Of a stretch of 64,000 nucleotides of DNA, positions 54,001-64,000 are shown piece after piece. The notes below the pieces were generated by a model. The model did not search any database and had not been told where the DNA came from. It saw nothing but the letters and a program-made list of their open reading frames with translations. Numbering within the stretch: position 1 is the first letter of the stretch; each line of letters opens with the position of its first letter. Made by a program: the position numbers and the translations under genes. The stretch comes from the human T2T-CHM13v2.0 reference genome, Homo sapiens. The stretch lies in the NCBI RefSeq assembly GCF_009914755.1, contig NC_060933.1; one strand, given 5' to 3'.

Positions 54001-57000
54001 TTCCATTGCATTCCATTCCATTCCATTCCCCTGCACTCGGGTTGATTCCATTCCATTCCATTCCGTTCCATTCCATTCCATTCCATTCCATTCTGTTCAG
54101 GTTAATTCCATTCCATTCCATTCCATTCCATTCCATTCCATTCCATTCCATTCCATTCCATTCCATTGCAATCGAGTTGTTTCCATTGCATTCCATTCCA
54201 TTCCATTCCATTGCATTCCATTGCATTCCATTCCCCTGCACTCAGTTTGATTCCATTCCATTCCATTCCATTCCATTCCATTCCATTCCATTCCGGATGA
54301 TTCCATTCCATTGCCTTCCATTCCACTCCATTCCCCTGCACTCGGGTTGATTCCATTCCATTCCATTCCATTCCATTCCATTCCATTCCATTCCATTCCA
54401 TTCCATTTCGTTCCATTCCACTCTATTCCATTCCATTCCATTCCATTCCATTCCATTCCATTCCATTCCATTCCATTCTATTCGGGTTAATTTCATTCCA
54501 TTCCATTCCATTCCATTCCATTCCATTCCATTCCATTCCATTCCATTGAAATCGAGTTGATTCCATTTCATTCCATTCCATTCCATTCCATTCCATTCCA
54601 TTCCGTTCCATTCCATTCCATTACATTCGGATTGATTGTATTCAATTCCCTTAAACTCCATTACATTCCATTCCATTCGGGTTGTTTCCGTTCCATTACA
54701 TTCCATTCCACTCCATTCCATTGCACTCAGGTTGATTCCATTCCATTCCATTCCATTCCATTCCATTCCATTTCGTTCCATTCCATTCTATTCCGTACCA
54801 TTCCATTCCATTCCATTCCATTCCATGCCATTCCACTCGGATTGATTCCATTCCTTTCCATTCCATTCGGGTTGAATCCATTCCATTCTATTCCATTGCA
54901 TTCCGTTCCATTCCATTCCCCTGCAATCGGGTGGATTCCATTTTATTCAATTCCATTCCATTCATTCCATTCCATTCCATTCCATTTCGTTCCATTCCAT
55001 TCTATTCCGTACCTTTCCATTCCGTTCCATTCCATTCCATTCCATGCCATGCCATTCCACTCGGGTTGATTCCATTCCTTTCCATTCCATTCTAGTTGAA
55101 TCCATTCCATTGCATTCTATTCCATTCGATTCCATTCAATTGCACACGGGTTCATTCTATTCCATTCCATTCCATTCCATTCCATTCCATTCCGTTCCAT
55201 TCCATTCCATTTCGTTCCATTCCATTCTATTCCGTACCATTCCCTTCCATTCCATTCCATTCCCCTCCGTTCCATGCCATTCCACTCTGGTTTATTCCAT
55301 TCCTTTCCATTCCATTCGGGTTGAATCCATTCCATTCCATTCCATTCCATTAAATTCCATTCCATTCCATTCCATGCCATTCCACTCGGGTTGATTCCAT
55401 TCCTTTCCATTCCATTCGAGTTGAACCCATTCCATTCCATTCCATTCCATTCCATTGCTCACGGGTTCATTCCTTTCCATTCCATTCCATTCCATTCCAT
55501 TTCGTTCCATTCCATTCTACTCCGTACCATTCCATTCCATTCCATTCCCTTCCATGCCATTTCACTCGGGATTATTCCTTTCCTTTCCATTCCATTCGGG
55601 TTGAATCCATTCCATTCCATTCCATTGCATTCCATTCCATTCCATTCCCCTGTAATCGGGTGGATTCCATTCTATTCCATTGCATTCCATTCCATTCCAT
55701 TCCATTCCGTTCCATTTCGTTCCATTCCATTCTATTCCGTAACTTTCCATACCATTCCATTCCATTCCATTCCATGCCATTCCACTCGGGTTGATTCCAT
55801 TGCTTTCCATTCCATTTGGGTTGAATCTAATCCATTCCATTCCATTCCATTCCATTCCATTCCATTGCACTAGGTTTGATTCCATTTCACTGCATTCCAT
55901 TCCATTCCATTCCATTCCATTAAATTCCATTCCACTCGGGTTGATGCCATTCCTTTCCATTCCATTCGTGTTGAATCCATTCCATTCCATTCCATTACTT
56001 TCGATTCCATTCCATTGCACTCGGGTTGAACCCATTCCATTGGATTCCATTCCATTCCATTGCATTCCATTCCGTTCCATTCCATTCCATTACATTCGTA
56101 TTGATTCTGTTCAATTCCCTTACACTCCATTCCATTCCATTCCATTCCATTCGGGTTGTTTCCATTCCATTCCATTCCATTCCACTCCATTCCATTGCAA
56201 TCGGGTTGATTCCATTCCATTCCATTCCATTCCATTCCGTATGATTCCATTCCATTGCATTCCATTCCATTCCATTCCCCTGCACTCGGGTGGATTCCAT
56301 TCTATTCCATTCCATTCCATTCCACTCTATTCCATTCCATTCCATTCCATTCCATTCCATTCCATTCCATTCCATTCCATTCTATTTCATTCTATTCGGG
56401 TTAATTTCATTCCATTCCATTCCATTCCATTCCATTCCGTTCCATTCCATTCCATTCCATTCCATTGAAATCGAGTTGATTCCATTTCATTCCATTCCAT
56501 TCCATTCCATTCCATTCCATTCCATTGCATTTTATTCCGGTTAATTCCGTTCCATTCCATTCCATTCCATTCCCTTCCATTCCATTCCATTCCATTCTAT
56601 TAGGGTTAATTCCATTCCATTCCATTCCATTACATTCCATTGCAATCGAGTTGATTCCATTCCATTCCATTCCATTCCATTCTATTCCGGATGATTGCAT
56701 TCCATTGCCTTCCATTCCATTCCATTCACCTACACTCGGGTTTATTCCATTCCATTCCTTTCCATTCCATTCCATTCCATTCCATTCCATTCCATTCTAT
56801 TAGGGTTAATTCCATTCCATTCCATTCCATTACATTCCATTGCAATCGAGTTGATTCCATTCCATTCGATTCCATTCCATTGCACACGGGTTCATTCCAT
56901 TCCATTCCATTCCTTTCCATTCCATTCCATTGCACACGGGTTCATTCCATTCCATTCCATTCCATTACATTACATTCCATTTCGTTCCATTCCATTCTAT

Positions 57001-59932
57001 TCCGTACCATTCCATTCCATTCCATTCCATTCCATTCCATTCCACTCCATTCCATGCCATTCCACTCGGGTTTATTCCATTCCTTTCCATTCCATTCGGG
57101 TTGAATCCATTCCATTCCATTCCATTCCATTCCATTCCATTCAATTCCATTACATAGCACTCGGGTTGATTCCATTGCATTCCATTCCATTCCATTGCAT
57201 TCCATTCCATTCCATTCCATTCCATTGCATTCCATTCCATGCCGTTCCACTCGGGTTGATTCCATTCCTTTCCATTCCATTCGAGTTGAACCCATTCCAT
57301 TCCATTCCATTCCATTCCATTCCATTCCATTCCATTCCATTCTATTCGGGTTAATTTCATTCCATTCCATTCCATTCCATTCCATTGCATTCCATTCCAT
57401 TCCATTGAAATCGAGTTGATTCCATTTCATTCCATTCCATTCCATTCCATTCCATTCCATTCCATTGCATTCTATTCCGGTTAATTCCATTCCATTCCAT
57501 TCCCTTCCATTCCATTCCATTCCATTCTATTAGGGTTAATTCCATTCCATTCCATTCCATTACATTCCATTGCAATCGAGTTGATTCCATTCCATTCGAT
57601 TCCATTCCATTGCACACGGGTTCATTCCATTCCATTCCATTCCTTTCCATTCCATTCCATTGCACACGGGTTCATTCCATTCCATTCCATTCCATTACAT
57701 TACATTACATTTCGTTCCATTCCATTCTATTCCGTACCATTCCATTCCATTCCATTCCATTCCATTCCATTCCATTCCACTCCATTCCATGCCATTCCAC
57801 TCGGGTTTATTCCATTCCTTTCCATTCCATTCGGGTTGAATCCATTCCATTCCATTCCATTCCATTCCACTCCATTCAATTCCATTACATAGCACTCGGG
57901 TTGATTCCATTGCATTCCATTCCATTCCATTGCATTCCATTCCATTCCATTCCATTCCATTGCATTCCATTCCATGCCGTTCCACTCGGGTTGATTCCAT
58001 TCCTTTCCATTCCATTCGAGTTGAACCCATTCCATTCCATTCCATTCCATTCCATTCCATTGCAATCGAATTGATTCCATTCCATTCTATTCCATTCCAT
58101 TCCATTCCATTCCATTGCACTAGGTTTGATTCCATTCCACTGCATTCCATTCCATTCCATTCCATTCCATTCCATTCCGTTCCATTCCATTCCATTACAT
58201 TCGGTTTGATTGTATTCAATTCCCTTACACTCCATTTCATTCCATTCCATTCAGGTTGTTTCCATTCCATTCCAATCCATTCCACTCCATTCCATTGCAC
58301 TCGGGTTGATTGCATTCCATTCCATTCCATTCTACTCCATTTCGTTCCATTCCATTCTATTCGGTAGCATTCCATTCCATTCCATTCCAATCCATTCCAT
58401 TCCATGCCATTCCACTTGGGTTGATTCCCTTCCTTTCCAATCCATTCGGGTTGAATCCATTCCATTCCATTCCATTCCATTCCATTCCATTCCTTTCAAT
58501 TCCATTGCACACGGGTTGGTTCCATTCCATTCCTTTCCGTTCCATTCCGGATGACTCCATTCCATTGCATTCCATTCCATTCCATTCCCCTGCACTCGGG
58601 TTCATTACCTTCCATTCCATTTACTTCCATTCCATTCCATTCCATTCTATTCGGGTTAATTCCATTCCATTCCATTGCATTCCATTGCATTGCATTCCAT
58701 TCCATTCCATTCCATGCCATTCCATTCCATTCCATTGCAATCGAGTTGATTCCATTCCATTCCATTCAATTCCGGATGATTCCATTCCATTGCCTTCAAT
58801 TCCATTCCATTCCCCTGCACTCGGTTTGATTCCATTCCATTCCATTCCATTCCATTCCATTCCATTCCATTCCATTCCATTTCGTTCCATTCCATTCTAT
58901 TCCGTACCATTCCATTCTATTCCATTCCATTCCATTCCACTCCACTCCATGCCATTCCACTCGGGTTTATTCCATTCCTTTCCATTCCATTCGTGTTGAA
59001 TCCATTCCATTCCATTCCATTCCATTCGATTCCATTCAATTGCTCACGTGTTCATTCCATTCCATTCCATTCCATTCCATTCCATTCCATTTCGTTCCAT
59101 TCCATTCTCTTCCGTAGTATTCCATTCCATTCCATTCCACTCCATTCCATGCCATTCCACTCGGGTTTATTCCATTCCTTTCCATTCCATTCGGGTTGAA
59201 TTCATTCCATTGCATTCCATTCCATTCCATTCAATTCCATTACATTGCACTCGGGTTGATTCCATTCCATTCCTTTCCATTTCAATCCATTCCCTTCCAT
59301 TCCATTTCATTCCATTGCTTTCCATTCCATTCCATTCCATTCCATTCCATGCCATTCCACTCGGGTTGATTCCATTCCTTTCCATTCCATTCTAGTTGAA
59401 CCCATTCCATTCCATTCCATTCCATTCCATTCCATTGCACACGGAATGGAATGGAATGGAAACAACCCGAATGGAATGGAATGTATTGGAGTGTAAGGGA
59501 ATTGAATACAATCAATCCGAATGTAATGGAATGGAATGGAACGGAATGGAATGGAATGGAATGCAGCGGAATGGAATCAAACCTAGTGCAATGGAATGAA
59601 ATGGAATGGAATGGAATGGAATGGAATGGAATGGAATGGAATGGATTGGATTCAACCCAAATGGAATGGAAAGCAATGGAATCAACCCGAGTGGAATGGC
59701 ATGGAATGGAATGGAATGGAATGGAATGGAATGGAATGGTACAGAATAGAATGGAATGGAACGAAATGGAATGGAATGGAATGGAATGGAACGGAATGGA
59801 ATGGAATCAACTCGATTGCAATGGAATGTAATGGAATGGAATGGAATGGAATTAACGCGAATAGAATGGAATGGAATGTAATGGAACGGAATGGAATGGA
59901 ATGGGATGGAATGGAATCAATCTGAGTGCAGG
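50390..59932. repeat. 9.5-kb tandem duplication, copy 2 (9543 bp)
   Basis: Same as copy 1 plus one extra TCCAT in the run at ~52329-52378 (10 vs 9 units) and one in the run at ~54107-54166 (12 vs 11 units). Confidence 0.95.
51034..59444 (-). repeat. Inverted HSat3 block 2 (~8.4 kb)
   Basis: Junction sequences identical to block 1, at 51034-51035 and 59443-59444. Confidence 0.97.
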
Positions 59933-62900
59933 GGAATGCAATGGAATGGAATGCAATGGAATGGAATGGAATGGAATGGAATGCAATGGAATCAACTAGA
60001 TTGCAATGGGATGGAATGGAATGGAATGGAATGGAATGGAATGGAATGGAATGGAATGGAATTAACCTGAAAAGAATGGAATGGAATGGAATGGAACGGA
60101 ATGGAATGGAATGCAATGGAATGGGATCAACCCGAGTGCAGGGGAATGGAATGGAATGGAATGCAATCTAATGGAATCAATCAACCCGAGTGCAATAGAA
60201 TGCAGTGGAATGGAATGGAATGGAATGGAAAGTACCCGAATGGAATGGAATGTAATGGAGTGTAAGGGAATTAAAAAGAATCAATCCGAATGTAATGGAA
60301 TGGAATTGAAAGGAAAGGAATGGAAAGGAATGGAATGGAATAGAACGGAATGAAATGGAATGGCATAGAATGGAATGGAATCAACCCGAGCGCAATGGAA
60401 TGGAATGGAATGGAATGGAATGGATTCAACCCGAATGGAATGGAAAGGAATGGAATAAACCCGAGTGAAATGGCATGGAAGGGAATGGAATGGAATGGAA
60501 TGGTACGGAATAGAATGGAATGGAACGAAATGGAATGGAATGGAACGGAATGGAATGGAATGGAATGGAATGAACCCGTGAGCAATGGAATGGAATGGAA
60601 TGGAATGGAATGGAAGGGAATGGAATGGGTTCAATTCGAATGGAATGGAAAGGAATGGAATCAACCCGAGTGCAATGGCATGGAATGGAATGGAATGGAA
60701 TGGAATGGAATGGAATGGAATGGACTCAACCCGAATGGAATGGAAAGGAATGGAATAAACCCGAGTGGAATGGCATGGAATGGAGTGGAATGGAATGGAA
60801 TGGAATGGAATGGAATGGAATGGAATTAACCCTAATAGAATGGAATGGAATGGAATGGAATGGAATGGAATGGAATGGAATGGAATGGAATGGAATTAAC
60901 ACGAATAGAATGGAATGGAATGGAATGGAATGGAATGGAATGGAATCAACTCGATTTCAATGGAATGGAATGGAATGGAATGGAATGGAATGGAATGGAA
61001 GGGAATGGAATGAAATTAACCCGAATAGAATGGAATGGAATGGAATGGAATGGAATGGAATGGAATGGAATGGAATGGAATAGAATGGAATCCAACCGAG
61101 TGCAGTGGAATGGAATGGAATGGAATGCAATGGAATGGAATCATACGGAATGGAATGGAATGGAATGGAATGGAATGAAATGGAATGGAATGCAATGGAA
61201 TGGAATGGAATCAACCCGATTGCAATGGAATGGAGTGGAATGGAATGGAATGGAATGGAAACAACCCGAATGGAATGGAATGTAATGGAGAGTAAGGGAA
61301 TTGAATAGAATCAATACGAATGTAATGGAATGGAATGGAACGGAATGGAATGCAATGGAATGGAATGGAATGCAATGGAATGGGATCAACCCGAGTGAAA
61401 TGGAATGGAATCGAAAGGAATGGAATAGAATGGAATGGTTTCAACCCGAATGGAATGGAAAGGAATGGAATCAACCCGAGTGGAATGGAATGGAATGGAA
61501 TGGAATGGAATGGTATGGAATGGAATGGGTTCAACTCGAATGGAATGGAAAAGAATGGAATCAACCCGAGTGGAATGGCATGGAATGGAATGGAATGGAA
61601 TGGAATGGAATGGAATGGAATGGAATGGATTCAACACGAATGGAATGGAAGGGAATGGAATAAACCCGAGTGGAATGGCATGGAATAGAGTGGAATGGAA
61701 TTGAATGGAAGGGAATGGTACGGAATAGAATGGAATGGAACGAAATGGAATGGAATGGAATGGAATGGAATGAACCCGTGTGCAATTGAATGGAATCGAA
61801 TGGAATGGAATGCAATGGAATGGATTCAACTAGAATGGAATGGAAAGGAATGGAATCAACCCGAGTGGAATGGCATGGAATGGAATGGAATGAAATGGAA
61901 TGGAATGGAATGGAATGGAATGGAATGGTACGGAATAGAATGGAATGGAACGAAATGGAATGGAATGGAATGGAATGGAACGGAATGGAATGGAATCAAC
62001 TCGATTGCAATGGAATGTAATGGAATGGAATGGAATTAACGGGAATAGAATGGAATGGAATGGAATGGAACGGAATGGAATGGAATGGGATGGAATGGAA
62101 TCAATCTGAGTGCAGGGGAATGGAATGGAATGGAATGCAATGGAATGGAATGGAATGGAATGGAATGCAATGGAATCAACTCGATTGCAATTGGATGGAA
62201 TGGAATGGAATGGAATGGAATGGAATGGAAGGGAATGGAATGGAATGGAATTAACCTGAACAGAATGGAAAGGAATGGAATGGAATGGAACGGAATGGAA
62301 TGGAATAGAATGGAATGGAATCAACCCGATTGCAATGGAATGGAGTGGAATGGAATGGAATGGAATGGAAACAACCCGAATGGAATGGAATGTAATGGAG
62401 TGTAAGGGAATTGAATAGAATCAATACGAATGTAATGGAATGGAATGGAACGGAATGGAATGCAATGGAATGGAATGCAATGCAATGGAATGGGATCAAC
62501 CCGAGTGTAATGGAATGGAATCGAAAGGAATGGAATGGAATGGAATGGTTTCAACCCGAATGGAATGGAAAGGAATGGAATCATCCCGAGTGGAATGGAA
62601 TGGAATGGAATGGAATGGAATGGAATGGAATGGAATGGAATGAACCCGTGTGCAATGGAATGGAATCGAATGGAATGGAATGGAATGGAATGGATTCAAG
62701 TCGAATGGAATGGAAAGGAATGGAATCAACCCGAGTGGAATGGCATGGAATGGAATGGAATGAAATGGAATGGAATGGAATGGTACGGAATAGAACGGAA
62801 TGAAACGAAATGGAATGGAATGGAATGGAATGGAAAGGAATGGAATGGAATCAACCCGAGTGCAGGGGAATGGAATGGAATGGAAGGCAATGGAATGCAA

Positions 62901-64000
62901 TCATCCGGAATTGAATGGAATGGAATGGAATGGAATGGAATCAACTCGATTGCAATGGAATGAAATGGAATGGAATGGAATGGAATTAACCCTAATAGAA
63001 TGGAATGGAATGGAATGGAAGGGAATGGAATGGAATGGAATGGAATGGAATGAAATGGAATCAACTCGATTTCAATGGAATGGAATGGAATGCAATGGAA
63101 TGGAATGGAATGGAATGGAATGAAATTAACCCGAATAGAATGGAATGGAATGGAATGGAATGGAATGGAATGGAATGGAATGGAATAGAGTGGAATGGAA
63201 TGGAATGGAATAGAATGGAATCCACCCGAGTGCAGGGGAATGGAATGGAATGGAATGCAATGGAATGGAATCATACGGAATGGAATGGAATGGAATGGAA
63301 TGGAATCAACCTGATTGCAATGGAATGGAGTGGAATGGAATGGAATGGAATGGAAACAACCCGAATGGAATGGAATGGAATGGAGTGTAAGGGAAGTGAA
63401 TAGAATCAATACGAATGTGATGGAATGGAATGGAACGGAATGGAATGCAATGGAATGGAAAGGAATCCAATGGAATGGGTTCAACCCGAGTGCAATGGAA
63501 TGGAATCGAAAGTAATGGAATGGAATGGAATGGAATGGATTCAACACGAATGGAATGGAAAGGAATGGAATCAACCCGAGTGCAGGGGAATGTAATGGAA
63601 CGGAATGCAATGGAAAGGAATCATCCGGAATGGAATGGAATGGAATGGAATGGAATCAACCCGAGTGCAATGGAATGGAGTGGAATGGAATGGAATGGAA
63701 TGGATCAACCCGAATGGAATGGAATGTAATGTAGAGTAAGGGAGTTGAAAAGAATCAATCCGAATGTAATGGAATGGAATGGAACGGAATGGAATGGAAT
63801 GGAATGGAATGGAATGCAATGGAATGGAATCAACCCGAGTACAATGGAATGGAATGGAATGGAATGGAATGGAACGGAATGGAATGGAATGGAATGCAAT
63901 GGAATGGAATCTTCCGGAATGGAAAGGAATGGAATGGAATGGAATGGAATGGAATGCAATGGATTCAACTCGATTCCAATGGAATGGAATAGAATGGAAT
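59445..64000 (+). repeat. HSat3 block, GGAAT on + strand; B-type switching to C-type at ~63570
   Basis: B motifs (CAAACCTAGTGC, GAACCCGTG, GGGTTCAA) up to ~63570, then GCAGGGGAATGTAATGGAACGG, AGAGTAAGGGAGTTG and TCTTCCGG. Confidence 0.9.
63906..63920. promoter_or_regulatory. Perfect 3-unit HSE match
   Basis: GGAATCTTCCGGAAT. Confidence 0.5.

Larger units (their letters stand above)
1..64000. repeat. Human/primate satellite III (HSat3) pericentromeric array, (GGAAT/ATTCC)n
   Basis: Continuous GGAAT pentamers interspersed with CAACCCGAGT/CAACCCGAAT (reverse complement A[C/T]TCGGGTTG), the classical satellite III signature. CATTCGATTC-type HSat2 words are rare. No unique sequence anywhere. Confidence 0.97.

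Noticed and set aside
1-64000. Hundreds of ORFs up to 441 aa (MEWNG.. and FHSIP.. repeats)
   Set aside because: The GGAAT pentamer has no stop codon in any frame and supplies ATG every 5 bp. All frames give the same low-complexity peptide, with no domain or gene structure.
1-64000. CRISPR-like alternation of conserved motifs and variable-length intervals
   Set aside because: The intervals are pure GGAAT runs, not unique spacers. No cas genes are present and the sequence is eukaryotic satellite.
1-64000. HSat2, alpha satellite/CENP-B box, telomeric repeat or Alu/L1 insertion
   Set aside because: CATTCGATTC words are sporadic. I saw no 171-bp monomer, TTAGGG array or non-pentameric insert.
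1-64000. G-quadruplex potential from GGGG and GGG tracts
   Set aside because: Tracts of three or more G are isolated, not clustered in fours with short loops.
1-64000. Firm assignment to chr9q12 / HSat3B5, or a defined SatIII lncRNA gene
   Set aside because: Plausible given the strand switches, but it needs k-mer classification or alignment. No transcript boundaries are visible in the sequence.

Overview
The whole 64 kb is primate (most likely human) classical satellite III (HSat3): (GGAAT/ATTCC)n interspersed with the diagnostic CAACCCGAGT-type decamer and related variant motifs. I find no genes, RNA genes, transposons or CRISPR; every ORF in the track is a translation of the pentamer. The array is nevertheless highly structured. 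(1) There are four strand switches (41501-41502, 49900-49901, 51034-51035, 59443-59444). They are explained by one ~8.4-kb inverted block later copied inside a near-perfect 9.5-kb tandem duplication (40857-50389 and 50390-59932). (2) At least three sub-family domains and a short divergent island can be told apart by variant motifs. (3) There are nested tandem duplications from 55 bp to 1.5 kb, plus long-range direct and inverted paralogous segments. (4) Fifteen perfect three-unit heat-shock elements (nGAAnnTTCnnGAAn, mostly GGAATCTTCCGGAAT) occur only in A/C-type units, and I found none in the inverted blocks. I cannot support a new protein-coding system. The best leads are the inversion-then-duplication cassette and the HSE-bearing repeat variant. 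All alignments were made by eye, so domain boundaries are approximate.
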